Source of the DNA: Candidatus Micrarchaeia archaeon
GTDB lineage: Archaea; Micrarchaeota; Micrarchaeia; CABMEP01
Assembly (NCBI GenBank): GCA_038881595.1
Contig: JAVZPM010000001.1
Span: 128,001-192,000, forward strand
DNA: 64,000 nt
Reading direction: 5' to 3'
Shown: in pieces, positions 1 to 9,143 of the stretch
Position numbering within the stretch: the first letter of the stretch is position 1
Layout: each line of letters begins with the position of its first letter
Made by a program: the position numbers and the translations under genes
The notes under the pieces: model-generated
Told to the model about the DNA's origin: nothing
Database searches by the model: none
Seen by the model: only the letters and a program-made list of their open reading frames with translations

Positions 1-423
1 TCCATTTTCTTTAACTTGAAATATATGTTCAAAATCATTCATTTTTATTTTTCCTATAAATTTTGAAAGAAATCTATAGTAATCTCCATCTTCAATTATA
101 GCAGCAATAGCATAAGCAGGACCTACATCAAAATTCATTTTTTCTGATTCTATATATTTTTTATATTCAATTAAATCCTTTAATCCTGTTATATAAAGAG
201 TATCAAACTTAGAATCAAGATTATCTTTGTGCGAAAAAGTACAAACGATACCCGTTCTTGAACCACATCTTATAGGAACGCAAACTCTCCTATAGTCTGC
301 AAAGTCTGAAAAATCAGATGCATCTTCGATAAGTAAATTTTTGCCAAAAATAGAATTTTCCCTCTGCTCATTTACCTTGGACTCTGAGGCAATTTCATGC
401 TCTTTTATCTTTTGCGCGAACAT
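1..423 (-). CDS. Hypothetical protein, partial (runs off the window start)
   Basis: Read manually: ATG at 423 (MFAQKIKEHEIASESK...) with the frame open to base 1. Absent from the ORF track because no stop lies in the window. Confidence 0.6.
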   Translation of the reverse strand, partial: MFAQKIKEHEIASESKVNEQRENSIFGKNLLIEDASDFSDFADYRRVCVPIRCGSRTGIVCTFSHKDNLDSKFDTLYITGLKDLIEYKKYIESEKMNFDVGPAYAIAAIIEDGDYYRFLSKFIGKIKMNDFEHIFQVKENG

Positions 424-492
424 CTTGTCTAACCCTTCGGTAATCGTCTCGCCTCTGCCTCTTGGTCTGATATATAATGAAACGATAATTAT

Positions 493-1527
493 TTAAATAT
501 TTAATACTTGAAAATCAACCACTACCTCAATTATATCTGGAGAATAATCCCTCACCAGCCTTGATTGAAGAATCTTTATTTTTTTATTTTGCTTTTTTGC
601 AGCATCGTTTACAATTTTTTCTGCATTCTCAATTGAATCTGTAAAATGATAGAAATGAACGATTCCTCCATTCTTTACTAGATAAAAAGCAACATCAAGA
701 AATTGATCTGCAGACATAGGAAGAGGCATTATTACTCTGTCTGCTACTCCTTCATACTCCTTTTTCTTCAATAAATCTCTCGCATCTCCAGGAATTGGAA
801 TTACATTTGTGAGCTTATTTAATTTGATGTTTTCAATTAGATAGCTGTATGCGTCTGGATTTAATTCATTAGCATAGACTTTTGAATTAGGGTGGTTCTT
901 TGCGATTATTAAAGCAAAAGGTCCAACACCCGCGAATGGAACAAATACTGTTTCTCCATCTTTTACTAATGAGTTAATTCTTTTTCTTTCATAACTTAAT
1001 CTTGGGGAATAATATGCCTTTGAAACATCTAGTTTGAATCTACAACCGTGCTCCTTATGTATTGTAAGAGTTGAGTGTCTTCCTGCAACAACTTTAAATG
1101 ACCTTATTCTAAATGGCCCTTTTATTCCTCCTGTTTTAACTGCTACTGATTTTATATTTTTATGCTGCTCCATTATATCTGATGCAATCTTTTTAGATAT
1201 TTTTTCTTTTTGTTTTTCAGATAAATCTTTGTATTCTTTTGGCAATTCGAATATTGCTACATCGCCAATTATATCAAATGGAGGAAGACTGACTTTTTTG
1301 TTCTCTTTTTTTCTCAATCTTTTTTTACATAGTTCGAATTTGAAATCAAGTTGATTTAATTCTTCCATTCTTTCTTCTATATTTTCATCTAGCGGAAAGA
1401 ATATGAATTCGTTATCTGAAGAGGGATTGTAATTGAAATTTATTAGCTTCTTTGAGATAAGAAATCTTCTCGCCTTTTCAGCATGTTTCTTTTCAACTTT
1501 TAATGCAATAACCATCCTATCACTCAT
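493..1527 (-). CDS. trm5: Trm5-family tRNA (guanine-37-N1) methyltransferase, possibly the aTrm5a/Taw22 type
   Basis: PFDIIGDVAI, HKEHGCRFKLD, YYSPRLSYER, SAM-binding FAGVGPF and ELNPDAY motifs, plus an N-terminal D1-like domain. Confidence 0.9.
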   Translation of the reverse strand: MSDRMVIALKVEKKHAEKARRFLISKKLINFNYNPSSDNEFIFFPLDENIEERMEELNQLDFKFELCKKRLRKKENKKVSLPPFDIIGDVAIFELPKEYKDLSEKQKEKISKKIASDIMEQHKNIKSVAVKTGGIKGPFRIRSFKVVAGRHSTLTIHKEHGCRFKLDVSKAYYSPRLSYERKRINSLVKDGETVFVPFAGVGPFALIIAKNHPNSKVYANELNPDAYSYLIENIKLNKLTNVIPIPGDARDLLKKKEYEGVADRVIMPLPMSADQFLDVAFYLVKNGGIVHFYHFTDSIENAEKIVNDAAKKQNKKIKILQSRLVRDYSPDIIEVVVDFQVLNI

Positions 1528-1551
1528 ATTTTTTATACAGATTCTGTGATA

Positions 1552-2205
1552 TTATTCGATAGGTTTTTTGACCTCCTCCATTCTCTTCTTAATCATAGAA
1601 ACTACTTTTTCCTCTATCTCCTCCCTTGAACCTTCATTAATCAATCTAACATTTGCTTTCCTTAAGCATGCTCCTAAATTTACTCCGTAATCTATTACAT
1701 CACCATGTTCACTTTCAGTATCTTCTATCTTTCTGTCCTCTCTTCCAGCCATCTCTTCATGATCACGCTTTTTGAATGATTCAAAGTCCATTACTTCCTC
1801 TCCTTCTCTTTTTCTTGAAAGTGCTCTCTCATATCTAATTCTTACATCTGCATCTACAAAAATCAAATAGAAGTATTTCTTGAATGTCTGTCTTAAGGCT
1901 TCTGCTTCCCACGGATTTCTTATAGAATCTATTACCACTACCTCATAGTCTAGGATTTTATCTCCTAAAGACTGGAATTTTTTTATTGCCAATTCAGCCA
2001 ATATGCCTGGTCCGTTTTTCAATCTTAATTCATCTGCTAAATCTCTAAGATTGTCTCTTGTCTTTTCAATCCCCCTTCTATCTGCCTCTTCTCTTAACAT
2101 ATCAGACAAACCAACATCATAAGTCTTGAAATTCTTCTTTATAATTTCTCTTATCAAACCCTTTCCACTAAGCATCGTACCTGAAAGACCAACATAGATA
2201 ACCAT
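1552..2205 (-). CDS. P-loop nucleotide kinase-like protein (archaeal dephospho-CoA kinase-like / UPF0200)
   Basis: N-terminal P-loop GTMLSGKG, SDMLREEA, VVIDSIRN and DADVRIRYER motifs. Confidence 0.7.
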   Translation of the reverse strand: MVIYVGLSGTMLSGKGLIREIIKKNFKTYDVGLSDMLREEADRRGIEKTRDNLRDLADELRLKNGPGILAELAIKKFQSLGDKILDYEVVVIDSIRNPWEAEALRQTFKKYFYLIFVDADVRIRYERALSRKREGEEVMDFESFKKRDHEEMAGREDRKIEDTESEHGDVIDYGVNLGACLRKANVRLINEGSREEIEEKVVSMIKKRMEEVKKPIE

Positions 2206-2298
2206 TTAATACACCTTAAGCCTAACCTGTAAATGTGATAAATAAGATAATACGAAAAAGAATAAAAAACAAACAGAAAGAAACATTAGAAATAGCAA

Positions 2299-4716
2299 TC
2301 ATGTTTTAGTGTGCTTAACTTGTTCGTCTTCTATTCCAATATTTTCTAATATTTTTCTTGTTCTTTCAAGCAAAACTTTTTGTTCAGCTGCAGCAACTAT
2401 CTTTCTTGTTCTTTCGATTGCATCTGGATTGACAGATATACTTGTTGTTCCAAATTCAACAAGCTTTTCAGCTATCTCTGGATAAACTGAAGGTGCCTGT
2501 CCGCATATTGATGTTGTTACTCCGTATTTTCTGCAGACTTTAATTACATATTGTATTGCTCTTAAAACAGCTGTGCTTCTCTCATCAAACTCAGATGCAA
2601 TAGATGAATTGTCTCTATCCACCCCTAGTATAAGTTGTGTTAAGTCATTGCTGCCTATTGATATCCCATCAATTCCAGTCTGACATATCTCTTCAATCAT
2701 GAAAACAGTGCTTGGAACTTCAACCATGATCCAAAGCTTAAAGTCTTTTGACTGATGCAGACCTTCCTCTTCCATAATTTTCTTTATCTTTATTATCTGT
2801 TCTGATCTTCTTACAAATGGAATCATCAGCCATACATTTTTTAGCTGAAATTCTTCCCTAACTTTTTTAATTGCCTTTAATTCCATCTTGAAAAGCTCGG
2901 GCTCTTTTATATATCTCATTGCTCCTCTATATCCCATCATTGGATTTTCTTCTTTTGGTTCAAATTCCTCTCCCCCTTTTAGGTTTCTATATTCATTTGT
3001 TTTGAAATCAGTTGCTCTGTAAACAACTGGCCTTGGATAAAATGCACCTGCAATCTTAGCTATTCCATCTGCAAGTTTATCTATAAACTCCTGTTCTCTT
3101 CCTTCTTTTAACATCTTCTTTGGATGCTCTCCTATAGATGCTATCATAAACTCTGCACGCAATAAGCCAACTCCATCAACAGATAGCTTTGCTACTTTCT
3201 CAGCCATATCTGGTTCTGCTAGATTAACATAAATCTTGGTTGCTGTAACTGGCAGAATTTCACCAGATATCGATGCAGGTTGCTTTGGAACTTCTGTAAG
3301 ATCAACCTTTCCCTCATAAATGATTCCTTTGTTTGCATCTACGGTAACGAGCATTTCATTTTTTAGAATAGATGTTGCTTTTTCTGTTCCTATTACAGCA
3401 GGAACTCCAAGTTCTCTACTAACAATTGCTGCATGCGAAGTCAATCCACCCTCATCTGTAATAATTGCGGATGCCTTTCTCATTGCTGGAACAAAATCAG
3501 GAGTTGTCATCTTTGTAACTAATACTTCTCCTGATTGCATTGATGGAAGATCAGAAATATCTAATATAACTCTTACTTTACCAATTGCAAAACCAGGACT
3601 TGCTGGTAAACCCTTAAGTATTATTGAACCTTTCTCTACCTTTTTCTCAGCTTCCATTGTTTCCACCTTTTCTTCGGATCTTACGGAAGGATATTCTTCT
3701 ATATTTTCAACCTCTTTTTGCCCCATCTCTCTGACAAACCTTTCTGTCACTTCTTTCTTTAATGTTGTAATTGGTCTTGATTGAACAATGTATAGCTTTC
3801 CTCCTTCTGACGCCCACTCTATATCCTGTGGCCACTTATAATGCTTCTCTATCTCTCTTCCTATTTTTGCAAGTTCTATTATCTTTTCATCTTCAAGTTT
3901 TTGCATGCTTTGATATTCTGCTTTTATACCTAACTTTACATTTGCATTTTCAGATTTTATTAGCATCCATTCCTGTTTTGCAATATGCTTATGTATTATA
4001 TCAAGCGTGCTTTTGTTTATGATGTATGTATCTGGTGTAACTGCTCCAGAAACAACTGTTTCTCCAAGTCCGAATGCTGCCTCTATTACCATCTTGTTTG
4101 GATCTTGAGAGACTGGATCCACAGTGAAGAAAACACCTGATTTTTCTGATTGGACCATATGCTGAACTACAACAGCAATCTTCACCTTAGAATGTTCAAA
4201 ACCTTGTTGTACTCTGTAATATATTGCACGAGGAGTAAAAAGAGAAGCCCAACATCTTTTAACTGCATCTATTAATGCTTGTTCCCCGTAGACATTAAGA
4301 AATGATGCCTGCTGGCCCGCAAAGGAAGCACTAGGTACGTCTTCCGCAGTGGCACTGCTTCTTACTGCAACATATTCTATTTTTGAACCTGTTCTATTTT
4401 TTAACTGAGAATATGCTTCTATTATCTGATTTGCAATCTCTTCAGGCATTTCATATGAAAGAATAATGTTTGAAATTATTTTGGAAGCTTCATTCAATTT
4501 TGCAGTATCCTCTACATCTAAATTCTTCAATGTCTCTATAATTAATTTGTCTATCCCATATTTTGTTATATATTCATAATAAGAATCAGCAGAAACTACG
4601 AAGCCCGGCGGGATCGGAAAACCAGCCCTAATCATCTCACCAAGATTAGCTCCTTTTCCACCTGCGATTGGAAGGCTGTCTTTACTCAGCTCCTCAAACC
4701 AATATATATGCTTCAT
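2299..4716 (-). CDS. ppsA: Phosphoenolpyruvate synthase
   Basis: GGKGANLGE, VAVRSSATAED, SFAGQ, QSRPIT, phospho-His TSHAAIVSRELG, GVGLLRAEF and SIGSNDLTQ. Confidence 0.97.
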   Translation of the reverse strand: MKHIYWFEELSKDSLPIAGGKGANLGEMIRAGFPIPPGFVVSADSYYEYITKYGIDKLIIETLKNLDVEDTAKLNEASKIISNIILSYEMPEEIANQIIEAYSQLKNRTGSKIEYVAVRSSATAEDVPSASFAGQQASFLNVYGEQALIDAVKRCWASLFTPRAIYYRVQQGFEHSKVKIAVVVQHMVQSEKSGVFFTVDPVSQDPNKMVIEAAFGLGETVVSGAVTPDTYIINKSTLDIIHKHIAKQEWMLIKSENANVKLGIKAEYQSMQKLEDEKIIELAKIGREIEKHYKWPQDIEWASEGGKLYIVQSRPITTLKKEVTERFVREMGQKEVENIEEYPSVRSEEKVETMEAEKKVEKGSIILKGLPASPGFAIGKVRVILDISDLPSMQSGEVLVTKMTTPDFVPAMRKASAIITDEGGLTSHAAIVSRELGVPAVIGTEKATSILKNEMLVTVDANKGIIYEGKVDLTEVPKQPASISGEILPVTATKIYVNLAEPDMAEKVAKLSVDGVGLLRAEFMIASIGEHPKKMLKEGREQEFIDKLADGIAKIAGAFYPRPVVYRATDFKTNEYRNLKGGEEFEPKEENPMMGYRGAMRYIKEPELFKMELKAIKKVREEFQLKNVWLMIPFVRRSEQIIKIKKIMEEEGLHQSKDFKLWIMVEVPSTVFMIEEICQTGIDGISIGSNDLTQLILGVDRDNSSIASEFDERSTAVLRAIQYVIKVCRKYGVTTSICGQAPSVYPEIAEKLVEFGTTSISVNPDAIERTRKIVAAAEQKVLLERTRKILENIGIEDEQVKHTKT

Positions 4717-4782
4717 AAAAATAGTTAGAGAAGAATGTTTTTAAACAATGTGATTAAAAATTAAAAAAGAATAAAAAAAGGA

Positions 4783-5463
4783 TCAACCCAATATTTGTAC
4801 GCCAGAAGGAAGTTCAAATTCAGAATCTGGAATCTCTATGAATTCTATGTTCTTGTATTCTATAATTCTTTTTTCTCCTCCCATTGATATTTCAGTTCTT
4901 AGTGGAAAACCTTTTTCCTTCCAGATCCAAGATTTGATCTGCATCCCCTCCATAGAATATTGGACTATAACGCAATCCTTTCCATCTAATATTTCACTCC
5001 CTAATACAACTGGATTATATTTTTCTATGTTTTCTGTTGGAGAGGTATATTGGGAAGAATAATCAAAACTAGTCATGAATGCGATTCCCTGAGCTGGCAT
5101 ATAGCTGTACATGACCTTTTTATCTAAATCAACGATATTGATCACTTTCTCTCCTTCTGCAGAAATCTCTAATTTCATTTTATTTCCTTTCAGCCAAACT
5201 GTTTGAGTAACTGAAGAACCCAGACCTGTCATTAACATATCGTATTTTACGCTTTTAATAGCTGAAGTTTTTGCAAATATATCTGAAAGAGAATAAGTTG
5301 ATGGTTTAGTTGTATCTTTTGTTTGTTCTGTTTGATTTAAAGTCTTATTAACCTCTTGAAAGTTCTGTTTAGTCTCGGTTTGACCTGTGCAACCGCTCAT
5401 GAATATTGCTCCAAAAATAAGAACAAATATAGCTAGAGCAGCTATCTTTATATTTGGATTCAA
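4783..5463 (-). CDS. Predicted lipoprotein, LolA/DUF4412-like beta-rich fold
   Basis: TTG start with a GAGGTGA RBS, lipobox FMSGC, Thr/Gln linker, and GSEILDGKDC...WIWKEKGFPLR...IPDSEFELP pattern. Confidence 0.65.
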   Translation of the reverse strand: MNPNIKIAALAIFVLIFGAIFMSGCTGQTETKQNFQEVNKTLNQTEQTKDTTKPSTYSLSDIFAKTSAIKSVKYDMLMTGLGSSVTQTVWLKGNKMKLEISAEGEKVINIVDLDKKVMYSYMPAQGIAFMTSFDYSSQYTSPTENIEKYNPVVLGSEILDGKDCVIVQYSMEGMQIKSWIWKEKGFPLRTEISMGGEKRIIEYKNIEFIEIPDSEFELPSGVQILG

Positions 5464-5512
5464 AAAATCACCTCTAGTAAAATATTAAAAAAATTGAAAA
5501 TAAAGAAATAGA

Positions 5513-5983
5513 TTAGCTGTACTTGACCACTAATTCTATTTCCTGAGCTTTTGGAAAATCAGGCGAATTTGCAGGATAATATGTTATTTTAAGCTTTTCC
5601 TTAAATACATCCTTACCTGATTGTGGGTTTGTAACAATATTAGTTGAAGCTGCACAATTTATAGTAATTGTTGCACTACTTCCAGGTGTTATCTGCACTG
5701 GCCCACCAACCAATCTGTTTGTATTGTCTGTAGAAGGACAGTTTGCAGATGAGATGTTGTATGTAACAGCACCCATATTCATTAAGCTTATCTTGACTTG
5801 ATGAGTTGAATTGATAGTATATTTGTCTTGTTCGCATTGAAAAGGCTGTGCAACCTGGCATGTTTCAATTTGTTGTGGTCTAACTAAATAGACAAGTATT
5901 CCCATTATAGCAAGGACTATCAGAATAGCCCAACCATATGTCATAAGATATTCCATTGCAGCTTGACCTTTTTTCTTGAACAT
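5513..5983 (-). CDS. Type IV pilin-like protein with a class III signal peptide
   Basis: KKKG|QAAMEYLMTYGWAILIV prepilin motif followed by a hydrophobic helix and a Cys-containing globular domain. Confidence 0.9.
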   Translation of the reverse strand: MFKKKGQAAMEYLMTYGWAILIVLAIMGILVYLVRPQQIETCQVAQPFQCEQDKYTINSTHQVKISLMNMGAVTYNISSANCPSTDNTNRLVGGPVQITPGSSATITINCAASTNIVTNPQSGKDVFKEKLKITYYPANSPDFPKAQEIELVVKYS

Positions 5984-6019
5984 AACATTTTCACCTTATT
6001 ACTAGTTTATAGAATAAAT

Positions 6020-6679
6020 TTAAAAAACCTTATAATTTTGCTTTTTTAAGGATTTGAAATAATCACAATATTTAGATACAATACATCTTTCACATAAAGG
6101 CCTTGCCTTACATATTTTTTGTCCGTGTTGAACAAATAATTCATTTATATATCTCCATTCACTCTTAGGTATTACTTTATAAAGTTCCTGTTCTGTTTTT
6201 TCAGGAGTATTTGTTTTAACTATACCTAATCTATTTGAAACCTTATGAACATGTGTATCAACAGCTATATAATCACCTTTTCCATATGCATAGGTAAATA
6301 CTATATTGGCTGTTTTTCTTCCGACTCCTGGAAGCTCAATTAAAGAATTATAGTCTGTTGGAACCTTACCATTGTATTTGTCAACTAAAATTTTACTTAT
6401 CTGTTTTATTCTCTTTGCTTTTGTATTATACATCCCAACAGGTCTTATTAATTTTTTAATTTCATTAATACTTGCCTTCGCAAGTTTTTCGGGAGTGTCA
6501 AATCTTGCAAACAAAGAACTACTTGCAAGTATTGTTCTTTCATCTCTTGTTTGATGAGATAAAACAGTTCCAATTAAAACCTTAAACGGATCTCTACTTA
6601 TATTTGAGCCACTAAATTCATCAGGATATTCTTTTTTCAGCAAATTTATGATTTTTAGTATTGTGCTTCTTGATTTCAT
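6020..6679 (-). CDS. nth: Endonuclease III (HhH-GPD DNA glycosylase/AP lyase)
   Basis: LPGVGRKTA HhH motif, AVDTHV, and C-terminal 4Fe-4S motif CKARPLCERCIVSKYC. Confidence 0.95.
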   Translation of the reverse strand: MKSRSTILKIINLLKKEYPDEFSGSNISRDPFKVLIGTVLSHQTRDERTILASSSLFARFDTPEKLAKASINEIKKLIRPVGMYNTKAKRIKQISKILVDKYNGKVPTDYNSLIELPGVGRKTANIVFTYAYGKGDYIAVDTHVHKVSNRLGIVKTNTPEKTEQELYKVIPKSEWRYINELFVQHGQKICKARPLCERCIVSKYCDYFKSLKKQNYKVF

Positions 6680-6730
6680 AGAAATTTATTGGATATAAAA
6701 GAATATATAGTTTTTTTTAATATTCTATTC

Positions 6731-7492
6731 ATGGCAAAGATAAGGATTGTAGCTAATGAGCCCGCAATTCTTATAGAAAAAGGAAAAGAAAGAACCTTAG
6801 TGATTGGAGATCTGCATATTGGAGTAGAAACACAACTAGGAACTGAAAAATTAGCAAAAAATGCAATAAATCAAATGATTGACAGTATAATAAATTTAAT
6901 AAAAGAGACAAAGGCTAATCAACTTATACTTGTAGGAGATATTAGACATAAGATACCTATAGAAAAAGAATATTGGCAACAAATGACAGAAGAGGAAGAG
7001 ATTGAACATAGAATTTCAATCGAAATACCCGATATGCTTTTCAGATTAAGGCAGTATTGTGAGGTTAAAATAATACCTGGAAATCATGATGGTGCATTAA
7101 AGAGTTATTTTGAAACATCTGATGAGATCATAATTGAGAATATTGGTATAATACACAGTCATAAATGGCCTTCTAAGGAAATGATTGAACAAATAGATAC
7201 TTTGATTGTTGCTCACTCTCATCCTGCAGTTTCATTTAAAGACCAGTTTGGATACAAGACAAAGCAAAAAGTATGGGTTAAAGGAAGCCTTAATTCAAAA
7301 GAATTAAAAACCCAATATCCCAATATTAATAAAGAGATTTCTGTTATTGTTCTTCCAGTTTTCAATCCTTTGATAATTGGCTCTCCAATAAACGAAAAGA
7401 ATAAGTTCTTGGGGCCATTGCTTAAGGATAAAATACTGAAGATGAAAGAAATCGAGGTATTCTTGCTGGATGGAACACAGATAAAAATATGA
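6731..7492 (+). CDS. Calcineurin-like metallophosphoesterase (ICC-like, COG1407 type)
   Basis: GDLHIG, LVGD, GNHDG and AHSHP motifs. The ATG at 6731 is preferred over the TTG at 6689. Confidence 0.85.
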   Translation: MAKIRIVANEPAILIEKGKERTLVIGDLHIGVETQLGTEKLAKNAINQMIDSIINLIKETKANQLILVGDIRHKIPIEKEYWQQMTEEEEIEHRISIEIPDMLFRLRQYCEVKIIPGNHDGALKSYFETSDEIIIENIGIIHSHKWPSKEMIEQIDTLIVAHSHPAVSFKDQFGYKTKQKVWVKGSLNSKELKTQYPNINKEISVIVLPVFNPLIIGSPINEKNKFLGPLLKDKILKMKEIEVFLLDGTQIKI

Positions 7493-7519
7493 TTATTTCA
7501 CCGCATAGGAGGTTATAAA

Positions 7520-7741
7520 ATGGGAAGAGGAAAAACAACATTAGTAAGATGCAATGCTTGTGGGCGTAGCGTCCCAAGAAGTAAAGCGGTGGTTGACTAC
7601 AGACCGATTGTTTACACTACAGACCTCAGAAGCGCTGATGATTTGAGATATATGGAAAAAAGAAAGGTATACTACTGTGTCTCTTGTGGAAAGAGCCTTG
7701 GTATATATGAAAAAAAGAAAAAACAGAAGAAAAGATACTGA
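7520..7741 (+). CDS. rps26e: 30S ribosomal protein eS26
   Basis: GRG...VRCNACGRSVPRSKAV and YYCVSC zinc-binding motifs, basic C-terminus, GGAGG RBS. Confidence 0.85.
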   Translation: MGRGKTTLVRCNACGRSVPRSKAVVDYRPIVYTTDLRSADDLRYMEKRKVYYCVSCGKSLGIYEKKKKQKKRY

Positions 7742-7824
7742 TTTTTAATATTTTTAATTTTTTTTCCAACTTATTTTAAGATTAACATTTTTAAGTAGTA
7801 ATGATTAGTATATAATAGATTAGT

Positions 7825-7960
7825 GCGGGGTTCGCATAACCTGGTAGTGCGCTGGTCTCGAATAAACTCTTAGAAAGAGTTTAATCGGAAATTTTGAAAA
7901 TTTCTAATTGAGAAAACCAGTTCCCGAAAGGGTATATGGGTTCGAATCCCATACCCCGCG
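7825..7960 (+). tRNA. tRNA-Ser(CGA) with a 52-nt intron at the canonical 37/38 position (intron 7863-7914)
   Basis: Acceptor GCGGGGT/ACCCCGC with G discriminator; anticodon stem CTGGT/ACCAG; loop CT-CGA-A|A; long variable arm CCCGAAAGGG; T-arm ATGGG-TTCGAAT-CCCAT. Intron TGAG pairs with CTCG to form the BHB central helix. Confidence 0.9.
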
Positions 7961-7982
7961 CTCTAATTAACTGATTATTAAA

Positions 7983-8492
7983 TCATATTAAAATATCCAT
8001 AAATATGTGGCTTATATAACCAATAAAGCCCCATAATGCAATTAATGCAGCTTCACTGAATCCAAAAAATGTTGCAGATGCAAACACAAGGAAGGAATAC
8101 ATTAATGAGGCAAATATTCTATGCACCGGTCCTCTATGTCTTGGGATTAATGACTCTATGAAGGATGTAATTATTGATGCAATGAAAACTGAAATTGCAA
8201 ATACAGTTAGAACAACAGCTAAATCTGCATTCAACAGAGCTGAAAGATCTGGATTTATACCGAAATAAGATGAAATTGAAAGATAAATTATGGAAAGAAG
8301 AATTATCAAAACAACCCACCTAAAAATCCCTCTAATCTTGCTTCTTTTATGATCTATATCCGGTATTAATGAACCAAGTACTGTTGCTATAACTGCTGCG
8401 AATAATACGTTTTGATCCATACCTGAATTTATAATTATACACAATATACCAAGGATTATTCCTACAATTGAATGAATTATCCAATTGCTCAT
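7983..8492 (-). CDS. Membrane-bound metal-dependent hydrolase (YdjM/DUF457-like)
   Basis: N-terminal His, GSLIPDIDH, HRGPVH and SHIFMD motifs with several transmembrane helices. Confidence 0.85.
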   Translation of the reverse strand: MSNWIIHSIVGIILGILCIIINSGMDQNVLFAAVIATVLGSLIPDIDHKRSKIRGIFRWVVLIILLSIIYLSISSYFGINPDLSALLNADLAVVLTVFAISVFIASIITSFIESLIPRHRGPVHRIFASLMYSFLVFASATFFGFSEAALIALWGFIGYISHIFMDILI

Positions 8493-8582
8493 CAAAACAC
8501 CAACATCAATCTAATTGTGACATGAAATATTATAAAGATAAAAATAAAAAGATATACAAACAATATATATTGTGGTGGGTAA

Positions 8583-9101
8583 ATGGTCAAAAAACGAAGA
8601 TTTAGCTTTTTTGACGATGATTTTGAAAGAATGTTTGAAAGAATTTTTGAGGAGATGACAAGAGGATTTGAGGATTTTGAAGAACTAGAAAAAAGAGCAA
8701 GAGAAGGTAAATCTTTTGTAAGAGGATTCTCCATAACAATAGGACCAGATGGAAAACCAATAATACAGGAATTCGGAGACAAGCCACAGATTACACCTAA
8801 AGGAGTGGAGGAAAAAAGAGAACCGCTTGTTGATGTAATAAATGAAAAAAATAATATCAAGATAATAGCTGAATTACCTGGTGTTAGAAAAGAAGACATC
8901 GAATTAAATGCAACTGAAAAAGGACTTGAAATAAAAGTAGACACACCAGATAGGAAATATTACAAGAAACTTGAACTTCCAGCAAAGATAAAGCCTGAAA
9001 CAGCTGATGCTAAATATAACAATGGTGTTTTAGAAGTTATAGTCAAAAAAGTTGAACCTTCAAAGGAAGAAGAAAAGAAAAAGAGAATAAACATTAAATA
9101 A
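8583..9101 (+). CDS. hsp20: Small heat shock protein Hsp20 (archaeal type)
   Basis: GFSITIGPDGKP, REPLVDV, AELPGV, AKYNNGVLEV and a C-terminal IxI motif. Confidence 0.95.
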   Translation: MVKKRRFSFFDDDFERMFERIFEEMTRGFEDFEELEKRAREGKSFVRGFSITIGPDGKPIIQEFGDKPQITPKGVEEKREPLVDVINEKNNIKIIAELPGVRKEDIELNATEKGLEIKVDTPDRKYYKKLELPAKIKPETADAKYNNGVLEVIVKKVEPSKEEEKKKRINIK

Positions 9102-9143
9102 AATCTATATAAATTTTTTATTTAATTATCAAAAGGTGATACT

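Noticed and set aside
6688..6715. ATTGGATATAA resembling the left arm of an archaeal dif site
   Set aside because: No matching right arm at a 6-bp spacing. It lies in the divergent nth/phosphoesterase promoter and is better explained as a TATA region.
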